From a virus (lineage: Duplodnaviria; Caudoviricetes), in IMG/VR virus record IMGVR_UViG_3300015050_000991, positions 1 to 41,435 of that record: a stretch of 41,435 bases of DNA, one strand, 5' to 3'. The notes beneath the pieces were generated by a model. It ran no database searches. It was not told the origin of the DNA and worked only from the letters and a program-made list of their open reading frames with translations. This document shows positions 15,451 through 22,909 of the stretch, in pieces (within the stretch, counting starts at the first letter, position 1; every line of letters starts with the position of its first letter). A program made the position numbers and the translations under genes.

Positions 15451-15936
15451 ATGACCTCTGGAGCATGGGATAACATGACGGCTGATCGGCAACTTTTCCG
15501 CCGCTCGATAGCTGAGGCGACCGCCTCGCTCTTGGGCCGCAAGTACCCGACCGCAAAGCATCTGGCCAAGGGCGTCGGCATCGACCCCGCAACCGCCGAA
15601 AACCTCAGCAAGGGCCACCTCAGCATTACCACGCTGGCGAGCGTCCTGATGGCTGAGGGTCGCGGTTTCTTCCAGGCGCTTGGCGACGAAATCTACGGCC
15701 AGTCCTTCCTCGATTACGAGGAGGCCCGCCTCAGCAAGCTCATTCAGGAGGCAGAGATTGCCCGCGAGAACATTCACCGGATGGCTGCACGCCGTCAAAC
15801 GCTGGAGGCGCGCACCGCTAGCGCTCTCGCTGATCTGGATGGGCCGGAACCTGACATGGACCGGGGAACGTCGGGCGGCGCTGGGTCTGCGGATCTGGAA
15901 CGCGGGCCTCGCTCGCCTCGCTCGCGCAAGGCTTAA
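15451..15936 (+). CDS. CII-like transcriptional regulator
   Basis: HTH-like TAKHLAKGVGIDPATAENL; position after cro; SD GGAGG. Confidence 0.65.
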   Translation: MTSGAWDNMTADRQLFRRSIAEATASLLGRKYPTAKHLAKGVGIDPATAENLSKGHLSITTLASVLMAEGRGFFQALGDEIYGQSFLDYEEARLSKLIQEAEIARENIHRMAARRQTLEARTASALADLDGPEPDMDRGTSGGAGSADLERGPRSPRSRKA

Positions 15937-15939
15937 GCC

Positions 15940-16011
15940 ATGAGCCCCCGCATCATCCCCGTTCTTCTCGCCGCCGCCTCTTGGGTGGCTCTGTTTTACC
16001 TAGCCGCATGA
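15940..16011 (+). CDS. 23-aa hydrophobic peptide
   Basis: MSPRIIPVLLAAASWVALFYLAA; ATGA-coupled to the next gene. Confidence 0.4.
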   Translation: MSPRIIPVLLAAASWVALFYLAA

Positions 16012-16289
16012 GTGATCGGATGATCAATAACGCAGAACGTAACGCCAAGATCGTGGCGCTTTATGAGACCGGCGCCACCTATGACGCGATTGCGCGCCAG
16101 TTGGGCGTCACGCGCAATGTCGTCGCTGGCCACATTTACCGCGCGGCGCTGGTCAAGCGCCCCATGTACCCAGAGCACATTCGCCAGATCATTCTGCAAT
16201 CGGCAGAAGAACGCGGGATCACGAGAGCCGCTCGCGAATGGGGCGTATCTGTCCCGAGCATCTATAACTGGCGGAAGTCTGCGGCATGA
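16008..16289 (+). CDS. GcrA-like N-terminal HTH fused to a second HTH
   Basis: ERNAKIVALYETGATYDAIARQLGVTRNVVAGHIYR resembles the GcrA N-terminus (SQIAKQLGGVTRNAVIGKVHR); C-terminal ITRAAREWGVSVPSIYNWR. Confidence 0.65.
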   Translation: MSDRMINNAERNAKIVALYETGATYDAIARQLGVTRNVVAGHIYRAALVKRPMYPEHIRQIILQSAEERGITRAAREWGVSVPSIYNWRKSAA

Positions 16290-16465
16290 CCCAGACCCGC
16301 TTCCCCGCACTCCACAACCTGCTCACGGGCGACCTAGAGGCCGAACGCCGCCGCGCTTTGGAAGACCTGAAGTTTGCCCAACATCGTCGGCAAACCCAGG
16401 CCGAACACGCCGCCTTTAAAAAGGCGAGGGCGCTTACCTGCCAAGCTCTGAGGCTTGGCCAGTGA
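16286..16465 (+). CDS. Hypothetical protein (59 aa)
   Basis: MTQTRFPALHNLLTGDLEAERRR...; overlaps both neighbours by 4 bp. Confidence 0.55.
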   Translation: MTQTRFPALHNLLTGDLEAERRRALEDLKFAQHRRQTQAEHAAFKKARALTCQALRLGQ

Positions 16466-16860
16466 TCCAGTTCTCAGTCCCCGGCAAGCCGCAACCGTGG
16501 AGGCGCTCGCGCACCAACGGCAAGCGCCATTTCACCGACGCCAAGACGGTAGCCAACCAACAGGTGTGGGCATGGGCCGCTAAGGCCGCAGGAGCCCGCC
16601 CGGTGGCCTCTCCGCTGCGTGTCATGATCGTTGCCCGGTTCACCCCGCCCAAGCGCGCCAGCAAGGCCGACAGGGCGCGGATGCTGGCCAACTACACGCA
16701 CCCGATTGCTCGGCCTGACGCCGACAACATCGCCAAGAACCTGGATGCGCTGAACGGCGTCGCCTTCGTGGATGACAGCCAAATCGTGTCCCTCAACGTC
16801 GCGAAAATCTACGCCCTAGAGGCCGGGGTTGACGTAACTATCGTGGAGCTCTCCGCATGA
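16462..16860 (+). CDS. rusA: RusA-family Holliday junction resolvase
   Basis: FSVPGKPQPWRR; RPDADNIAKNLDALNGVAFVDDSQIV. Confidence 0.92.
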   Translation: MIQFSVPGKPQPWRRSRTNGKRHFTDAKTVANQQVWAWAAKAAGARPVASPLRVMIVARFTPPKRASKADRARMLANYTHPIARPDADNIAKNLDALNGVAFVDDSQIVSLNVAKIYALEAGVDVTIVELSA

Positions 16861-17315
16861 TCACCATCGACATTGAAGCCCGTAGCGCTCCCCGCTACGC
16901 ACAGCCGCAAATCAGCTTCCGCCGCACTGAGGCAGACCGACGCGATGCGAGCGTTGTTCTGCGCCCGAACGACGGCCCAGGTGTTAGCCGCGAGGCTTAT
17001 GCGCGGGAACTGGCGGAACGCTTGGCAGCAAAGCCTGCGCCCCTGAGCCAAATGCCAGAGCGCTACGAAGACCGCGTCAGGCAGCGTCGGCAACAGACGA
17101 CGATTGATCTGCTGGCCTTCATCGCCAAGCACCCGGAAGGCTGTTCAGGGCGCAAGTGCATCGCGTTTATCCAGACCCGCCCCGACTACGTGAGCAAGAT
17201 CCTCATTGCCCTTGAGGAGCAAGGCCACATCAGCCGCGCCGTCGCCAGCGAGGGCAACCTGATCACGAATATGGTGACAGACAAGGGCCGCGCTTATTTG
17301 GCGAGTCTCGCATGA
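16857..17315 (+). CDS. Winged-helix DNA-binding protein
   Basis: LLAFIAKHP..VSKILIALEEQGHISR..VTDKGRAYL. Confidence 0.7.
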   Translation: MITIDIEARSAPRYAQPQISFRRTEADRRDASVVLRPNDGPGVSREAYARELAERLAAKPAPLSQMPERYEDRVRQRRQQTTIDLLAFIAKHPEGCSGRKCIAFIQTRPDYVSKILIALEEQGHISRAVASEGNLITNMVTDKGRAYLASLA

Positions 17316-17653
17316 GGGGCGACAACTTCAAGCCTGTCAGCGCTGAGACGTCATCGTGGGTGCTTCAACAGCACTTCGCCATGCAGGACGTTCCGATTGA
17401 CGTTTGCGGCCCTGTTAGCGTCTCCGGCGTCATTGAGCCGCAGGAGCGCAAAGAGCCTGTGACCAGGATGCTGCCCGGCGAATCCAAGATCGCGTTTTTC
17501 TGCCGGAAGGCGGGGATAACCGAGGAGGAGCGCGAGGAGTATGTGTGGCTGGTCTACAGCAAGCGCATGACTGCCTCTGAGGCGCTGCGGATTGTCATCG
17601 CCAACAGAAGGCCGGAGTGGGACCAGCTCTCTGACGAACGGGCGGGCGCATGA
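17312..17653 (+). CDS. Hypothetical protein
   Basis: Coupled 113-aa ORF. Confidence 0.7.
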   Translation: MRGDNFKPVSAETSSWVLQQHFAMQDVPIDVCGPVSVSGVIEPQERKEPVTRMLPGESKIAFFCRKAGITEEEREEYVWLVYSKRMTASEALRIVIANRRPEWDQLSDERAGA

Positions 17654-18297
17654 GCGTCATCGCCGCCGCCCTTAAGCACATGCTGGCCGCAGGGATGCCG
17701 CACGACGCCATCATTGGGGCTGTTGAGGCAATGGAGGCTGTGCAGCCGGTAGGGCCAACGCGCTCAAATGGAGCCGTTCGCCAAGCCCGTTATGCAGATC
17801 GGCAGCGTCAGAAAGCGTCAGAAAGCGTCACTCCTGACGCCAATGACGCAGACGCGGAAATCACCCGCCCCCTCCCTTCTTCCCCCCCTGGACCCCCCCA
17901 ACTACCCACCCCCACCCGTGAGAATATAACTACACGTGCGCGAAGGTCGGCGACGGACAAGGCCAAAGGCGAACGCCTCTCGGATGGCTGGCTTCCCGGT
18001 TGGACCTACACCCCCACGGATTTCGGACTGAGCGACGAGGAGCACGCCGGGGAGCTTGCCAAGTTCCGCGATTACTGGCGCGGCGTGCCTGGGGGGAGCG
18101 GTCGAAAGCTCGATTGGGACGCAACGTGGCGCAACTGGATGCGCCGAGCCAGCAACGACCTAGCCCGCAGGAAACCAAATGTCCGTACCGGCCAATCTGC
18201 AAAATTCGAACAGCGTCACGAAAACTATCGCGAGTCTTTCGCCGGGGCTAAAATCGCTGCTGGGCGTCGAGCCGTCGAACCTCAGAGCAGTTTCTGA
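17650..18297 (+). CDS. Replication initiator (lambda O-like position)
   Basis: RQARYADRQ, Pro-rich linker, C-terminal KFRDYW..KLDWDATWRNW; carries internal iterons. Confidence 0.75.
   Translation: MSVIAAALKHMLAAGMPHDAIIGAVEAMEAVQPVGPTRSNGAVRQARYADRQRQKASESVTPDANDADAEITRPLPSSPPGPPQLPTPTRENITTRARRSATDKAKGERLSDGWLPGWTYTPTDFGLSDEEHAGELAKFRDYWRGVPGGSGRKLDWDATWRNWMRRASNDLARRKPNVRTGQSAKFEQRHENYRESFAGAKIAAGRRAVEPQSSF
17804..17856. repeat. Probable replication-origin iterons
   Basis: AGCGTCA three times at 10-bp period, then inverted TGACGC twice and AGACGC, inside the initiator gene. Confidence 0.7.
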
Positions 18298-18934
18298 GAT
18301 CGCATCGAACCCGGCTTTGCTGGCCGAGGTGACGGCGGCGCTCCCGGCAATCAAGGCTAACGCCTCCATGCCAGCAGGTCCCGAAGGCGTGATGAAGATC
18401 ATCAGCGCCAAGTTCGTAACCTACCAGCAGCCCATGCGGAACGACGCCGAATGGGCGCAGTTCTGGAGCGATTACTACACGGTTCTGGAGGGCCTCCCAC
18501 TGTCAGCGCTTGAAGCGGCGATGGCGGCATGTTTGGCAGACCCGAAGATTGAGTTTCTCCCCAAGCCCGCCAAGATTGCCGAGATGGCCCGCATGACGCC
18601 GAACCGAGCCGTAAGGGCCTATGACCGGGCCAAGGCTGCGATTGAGGCGAGACCAGCTACCCCCGTTGAGCGCCTATCGCCCGACAAGATCGCTGAGATG
18701 GTTGCGCCGCTTGCCAACCGTCCGCGCGTTGAGCCAAGCGCCGCCGACAAGGAAAGGGTGCGCCAGCAGATGCGCGAATACATCGCCGCCGACGACGCCA
18801 AGAAATTGGCCAAGATATCAGCAAGTTGTGATATGAAAAGCACGGCGGGAACTACTGACGAAACTGGCATAACGCCGCAGATGCGTGCTATAATCGAAGC
18901 GCGCAATGCTGCACAGGCTGGCCCGAATACATGA
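18179..18934 (+). CDS. Putative helicase loader / replication protein P-like
   Basis: FWSDYYTVLEGLPLSALEAAM..EFLPKPAKI; directly follows the initiator; start uncertain. Confidence 0.6.
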   Translation: MSVPANLQNSNSVTKTIASLSPGLKSLLGVEPSNLRAVSEIASNPALLAEVTAALPAIKANASMPAGPEGVMKIISAKFVTYQQPMRNDAEWAQFWSDYYTVLEGLPLSALEAAMAACLADPKIEFLPKPAKIAEMARMTPNRAVRAYDRAKAAIEARPATPVERLSPDKIAEMVAPLANRPRVEPSAADKERVRQQMREYIAADDAKKLAKISASCDMKSTAGTTDETGITPQMRAIIEARNAAQAGPNT

Positions 18935-19284
18935 GCGAAATGACCGAAAAAGCCGCCGACCGCTACGCCGCCAAGCTGGCCAAGGGCGTCTGGTTCACGC
19001 CGGAAAAGCCGATCAAGGACACCGGGCACCAGTTTCCCCCCGAGAGCAAGCAACTGCATTTTGACGGCGGCTGGGCTCAGTTCTCGATGCTGTCCAAGGC
19101 CGAAGTGGCGTTTTCGCTGGGGCATGGGCCAACCGAGTTCCTGCCCGAAGGGTGCGAGCCGATCGTTCACGTTCACGCCATCGGCCCAGCCAATGACCCG
19201 GCATGGATGTCCGTTACAGAAGCCCGCGCGCTTGCCAAGGCGATCCTGAAGGCCTGTCGCCTCGCTGATGGGATTGCGGCATGA
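18931..19284 (+). CDS. Hypothetical protein
   Basis: Coupled; C-terminal MSVTEARALAKAIL. Confidence 0.7.
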   Translation: MSEMTEKAADRYAAKLAKGVWFTPEKPIKDTGHQFPPESKQLHFDGGWAQFSMLSKAEVAFSLGHGPTEFLPEGCEPIVHVHAIGPANDPAWMSVTEARALAKAILKACRLADGIAA

Positions 19285-19514
19285 GCCACGAAATCGATTT
19301 TGGGGGCGCGGATGTCAACGCCGTTATCCTGGTGGCGCTTCTATCGCTGTCAAATGACGCCGACGCCGAAAAAGACCCATTCCAGCGCCGTCTTATCCTC
19401 AACGAAATCCAAGACGGTATTCAGGCGAACCGAGATCACATCGTGGCATTGGCCGAAGGTTTGATGTTCGTAAAAGACCAAGATCCACCCGAAAACGAGC
19501 AGAAGCCAGCATGA
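19281..19514 (+). CDS. Hypothetical protein
   Basis: Coupled 77-aa ORF. Confidence 0.6.
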   Translation: MSHEIDFGGADVNAVILVALLSLSNDADAEKDPFQRRLILNEIQDGIQANRDHIVALAEGLMFVKDQDPPENEQKPA

Positions 19515-19545
19515 CCCACCAACCAGACACCAAGGGGGCGAGAGC

Positions 19546-19776
19546 GTGAGCGAGACCGTAACACCTGAGAGCCTGCGGCGTCATGCGGACATGTTGGAAG
19601 CCCTAACGGGTGTCATGGTGGAACAGGGCCACAACATTCGCGCGTCTTACACCAGGGCTGGCACGATCGCCCTCCGCGCCGCTGCTGACGAGATAGAGCG
19701 GCTACAGCAGGAGATCCAGGACATGGAAACTGGTTTCCACGCCTTCTCTGAAATGGAGGCCAAGTGCCATGACTGA
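19546..19776 (+). CDS. Hypothetical protein
   Basis: LRAAADEIERL phage motif. Confidence 0.65.
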   Translation: MSETVTPESLRRHADMLEALTGVMVEQGHNIRASYTRAGTIALRAAADEIERLQQEIQDMETGFHAFSEMEAKCHD

Positions 19777-20035
19777 CACCGCAGAGACGATGCTGGAGCG
19801 AGTGGCGATAGCGATTGGCGAAACAATCAGCGGATATCTCGACCCCGCCGACGCGCCAATTGTCTGGGATCTTTCGATGATCGCCGCCCGAGCCGCTATC
19901 GCCGCAATGGCTGGCCCTACGGACGCGATGGTGCTTGCTGCGAAAGAAGACACCTATGAACCGGCGTGGCCCGAAGAAGCCCGCGCGATTTGGTCCGCCA
20001 TGATCCAAGCCGCCCTTGCGGAGAAGCCCGAATGA
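19769..20035 (+). CDS. Hypothetical protein
   Basis: MLERVAIAI..ARAAIAAMAGPTDAMV..IWSAMIQAAL, a common alphaproteobacterial phage pattern. Confidence 0.75.
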   Translation: MTDTAETMLERVAIAIGETISGYLDPADAPIVWDLSMIAARAAIAAMAGPTDAMVLAAKEDTYEPAWPEEARAIWSAMIQAALAEKPE

Positions 20036-20634
20036 GCCGCCGCAAGCACAAGCCCAGATCCCCCGAGCAAATCGCCCTAGACCGCGCCGCCGCTAGAGCT
20101 GCCCAGAAGGCGGCAGACCAACGGGGAGAGTTTGGTATCGACTTGACGACGCACACGCTCCCGCAGAACGCCGACGTGATTTCAATCACCGACAAGGCGG
20201 GGAAAGTCCAGACCGCCCGACGCGGGGACGTGTTCGACCGCCTGCTAAACGACCAACAGCTTCGCGCCGTTCGCAAGTTGGAAGCCGACATCGCCGAGCA
20301 AATGGGCCAGACATGGCGACCAGGCCAAAGGGTGACGGTGGATTCATGCCAATACCCGCCCGGTCAGAATGTCAGTCAGCAGCAGATCGACGCAGGACGT
20401 CGCGTCCAGACTGCCATCAGGGACACCGGCGCCCGCTGCGGCTGGCTCTTGCAAAGCCTCATCGTCGGCATCGCAGGCAGAGAGCGTTCCGATTGGCGCG
20501 GCATCGTCCACTACATCACCGGAGAGACCAACGAACAGGCGCAGGGCGCTAGGGTAAGGGCGGCGGCTGATAACCTGTCAGCGGCTTATGGGGTGGCTGA
20601 GAAAGCGCCCCTAAGGGCTAGGGAAACCGCCTAG
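20032..20634 (+). CDS. Putative late-transcription regulator (Q-like position)
   Basis: Last gene of the rightward early operon; LNDQQLRAVRKL...RAAADNLSAAYG; function inferred from position only. Confidence 0.55.
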   Translation: MSRRKHKPRSPEQIALDRAAARAAQKAADQRGEFGIDLTTHTLPQNADVISITDKAGKVQTARRGDVFDRLLNDQQLRAVRKLEADIAEQMGQTWRPGQRVTVDSCQYPPGQNVSQQQIDAGRRVQTAIRDTGARCGWLLQSLIVGIAGRERSDWRGIVHYITGETNEQAQGARVRAAADNLSAAYGVAEKAPLRARETA

Positions 20635-20822
20635 AGATAGGCGATGAATTCGCCATCGACCGAGAACGCAACGGCGAAATACTTTCCCTTTTCCTCGACC
20701 GAGTAGGCGTCGCCGTCGTCAGCGAGTGCGTTGTTTGCGTCTGCGATGTCCTGAGCGTAGGCGCGCGACTTCATGGCGGTGAACTCGGTGCGGACGTTGT
20801 TGAGGAGGGCGGTGATGCTCAT
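20631..20822 (-). CDS. Hypothetical protein
   Basis: SD GGAG; own promoter TTGACG-N16-TAGATT. Confidence 0.7.
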   Translation of the reverse strand: MSITALLNNVRTEFTAMKSRAYAQDIADANNALADDGDAYSVEEKGKYFAVAFSVDGEFIAYL

Positions 20823-20838
20823 TTTCTGTCTCCGTTGA

Positions 20839-20984
20839 GTGGGGCGCGGCCCCGTTTCCTGAGAACCAATCTACAGGGAATCCCGGTAACGTCAATAGCT
20901 ATTTACAGGAAAAATACCGAAAAAACCCGTTGCATATACCGTGAAATCCTGTAGATTGAATTCACGAACGGGGCAACGCCCCAC
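20839..20984. promoter_or_regulatory. Back-to-back near-duplicate promoters with palindromic operators
   Basis: TTGACG-N16-TAGATT (-) and TTGCAT-N16-TAGATT (+); operators TACAGG-GAATC-CCGGTA and TACCGT-GAAAT-CCTGTA; each arm followed by a GGGGC-N3-GCCCC hairpin. Confidence 0.75.
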
Positions 20985-21001
20985 CAGCCAAGGACAAGAA
21001 C

Positions 21002-21157
21002 ATGACCAACCAAGCCCTGAACCAAACCTACAACACCATGTACGCCCAGATGACGGCTTGGCAGGACGCGGACGTCTCGATCTGCGCCGACTGGTACGCT
21101 CGCTTTTGCGACGTCGCCGCCCGCGACTACGATGAGAACCGGGCGCTGTATGCTTGA
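21002..21157 (+). CDS. Hypothetical protein (51 aa)
   Basis: MTNQALNQTYNTMYAQMTAWQDADVSICADWYARF...; SD AAGGA. Confidence 0.6.
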   Translation: MTNQALNQTYNTMYAQMTAWQDADVSICADWYARFCDVAARDYDENRALYA

Positions 21158-21329
21158 GTTCAAAGACAACCGGCTCGCGGGCCTCCTTCGGGAGGTCCAA
21201 ACGGCCATTGAGGAAACCGACGATCCGCCAACGCTTCGACGTCTCGGCGTCGCCCTCAAACAGCTTGCCGACAAGTCACGTGGTCGCGGCTGGGAACTAC
21301 AGCCCAAGGAAGGAAACCGGACATGGTAA
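21150..21329 (+). CDS. Hypothetical protein
   Basis: MLEFKDNRLAGLLREVQ...; overlaps neighbours. Confidence 0.55.
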   Translation: MLEFKDNRLAGLLREVQTAIEETDDPPTLRRLGVALKQLADKSRGRGWELQPKEGNRTW

Positions 21330-21526
21330 ACGTCATTGAAGCGCTTAAGACCATGCGGTCTGAGCTTGACGCCAACGGGGCGCAATACAGCCGCTTGACG
21401 CTGGACACATGCATCTCGCGGCTTGAGGGTGCTGAGGCTGAAATAAAGCACGCCCTTGGCCGAACCTTCACGCCGCGCGCGTCGCTCGCGATAGCGCTGT
21501 TCCGCATCACCGGAGAAAAGACGTGA
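21323..21526 (+). CDS. Hypothetical protein
   Basis: SD AAGGAAGG; coupled to the HTH gene. Confidence 0.6.
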   Translation: MVNVIEALKTMRSELDANGAQYSRLTLDTCISRLEGAEAEIKHALGRTFTPRASLAIALFRITGEKT

Positions 21527-21762
21527 CCCCCGACCAGCTCCGAAACGCCCGCGCCACCCTTGGCCAGATGTGGGGACTAAAGCGCCCCTTACACATGAGC
21601 GAGCTAGGGCGGGCGCTGCGCCTTTCTGGACGTGACCCTGGCGCCAACATCCGGGATTATGAGCGGGGAACGACCCGGATCAGCGGCCCGCTATCGGTTG
21701 CTGTTGACATGATGCTTGCGGGCGCTCTGCCGCCTGACGGCCTCGACAACCTCAACCCCTAG
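21523..21762 (+). CDS. Small XRE-like HTH regulator
   Basis: MTPDQLRNARATLG..SELGRALRL..IRDYERGTTRISGP. Confidence 0.8.
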   Translation: MTPDQLRNARATLGQMWGLKRPLHMSELGRALRLSGRDPGANIRDYERGTTRISGPLSVAVDMMLAGALPPDGLDNLNP

Positions 21763-21790
21763 CGTGCGACACTATAACCAACACCACCCC

Positions 21791-21951
21791 TTGACCGATT
21801 AAGCGGATCATGAGACACATCGTTATCCGCAGAAGCTGCGAACCCCATTAGCCCGCTGTTGAGCCTAGCGCTCCAGCGGGTTTCTCCTATCGCGCCCGCC
21901 GTCACTCGCTACAGCAGCACCCTTAAACATAGGGCGGGCCTGGGCGCGATA
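21791..21951 (+). promoter_or_regulatory. Candidate late promoter with terminator-like and further structured leader
   Basis: TTGACC -35-like; AGCCCGCTG...CAGCGGGTT-TCTCCT hairpin; TATCGCGCCC...GGGCGCGATA stem. Confidence 0.45.
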
Positions 21952-22000
21952 CCTCATTTCTCAACCCCCATTTGGTGATTGATCACCTGGAGGACTGCCT

Positions 22001-22510
22001 ATGGCTACCACGACCCAACTGAACAAAGGCGGCATTCGTGGCCGTGGCGCTGTAACCGTCTTCCATACGGGCGAGACCAGCCCCCCGACCACCACGACCG
22101 GCACCGACACGACCCCGGTTGTGACCGAGACCTATTTCGCCCGCGTGTTCCTGCCGATCAACACCACCATTACCGGCATTGCGCTGCTTAATGGCTCTGC
22201 CGCCGCAGGTAACGTCACCGCGATCCTGTATGACGAGAACGGTGTTCCTCTCGCCCAAAGTGCCAGCACCGCCCAGAGCGGTACGGCGGCTTATCAGGAT
22301 ATCCCCCTGGCCACGCCCTACGAAGCGGTCGGCCCCGGTCGCTATTTCGTCGGCTTCCAGTTCAACAACACCAGCGCCCGCTTCCGCACCCACATCCTGG
22401 GTCGCTTCGCTACGGGCAAGCAGACCGGCCAGACCTACGGCGCCGCCACGGCCCTGACGGTCCCGACGACCTTCACCACGGCTGTTGGGCCGATTGCTTC
22501 CACCTACTAA
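22001..22510 (+). CDS. Thr-rich beta-sandwich virion protein (decoration-like; DUF4082-like pattern)
   Basis: Strong SD GGAGG; C-ending codon bias like the capsid gene; TITGIAL..VTAILYDENGVPLAQ..YQDIPLATP..GRYFVGF. Confidence 0.6.
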   Translation: MATTTQLNKGGIRGRGAVTVFHTGETSPPTTTTGTDTTPVVTETYFARVFLPINTTITGIALLNGSAAAGNVTAILYDENGVPLAQSASTAQSGTAAYQDIPLATPYEAVGPGRYFVGFQFNNTSARFRTHILGRFATGKQTGQTYGAATALTVPTTFTTAVGPIASTY

Positions 22511-22549
22511 CCAGAGGGTCAGGACACCCGAAAGGGTCTGACAAAACGC

Positions 22550-22909
22550 ATGACGATAGGTCGGCCAACTGACTACCGACCGGAGATGTGTCAGCGCGTC
22601 ATCGAGATCGGTGGCGAGGGTTACAGCAAGGCCGAAATGGCCGCTGATCTTGGTGTCACACGCTCCACGATGGACATCTGGGCCAAGACCCACGACGAGT
22701 TTTCAGACGCAGTCTCATTAGCGCAAGAGTTGAGCCTTGCCTGGTGGGAGAAGCAGTCGCGCCTGAACCTCGCCGTCAAGGAGTTTCAGTCCTCGCTTTG
22801 GGGAAAGGCCATGAGTGGCCGGTTCCCGAAAGAGCCGTATCGTGATCGCGTCGAGGCGTCTGGCGCTGACGGTGGACCGCTTCAGGTCTTCATCAACAAG
22901 CCTGCATGA
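22550..22909 (+). CDS. Terminase small subunit
   Basis: IGRPTDYRPEMC; HTH; WAKTHDEFSDA; SGADGGPL; precedes terL. Confidence 0.85.
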   Translation: MTIGRPTDYRPEMCQRVIEIGGEGYSKAEMAADLGVTRSTMDIWAKTHDEFSDAVSLAQELSLAWWEKQSRLNLAVKEFQSSLWGKAMSGRFPKEPYRDRVEASGADGGPLQVFINKPA

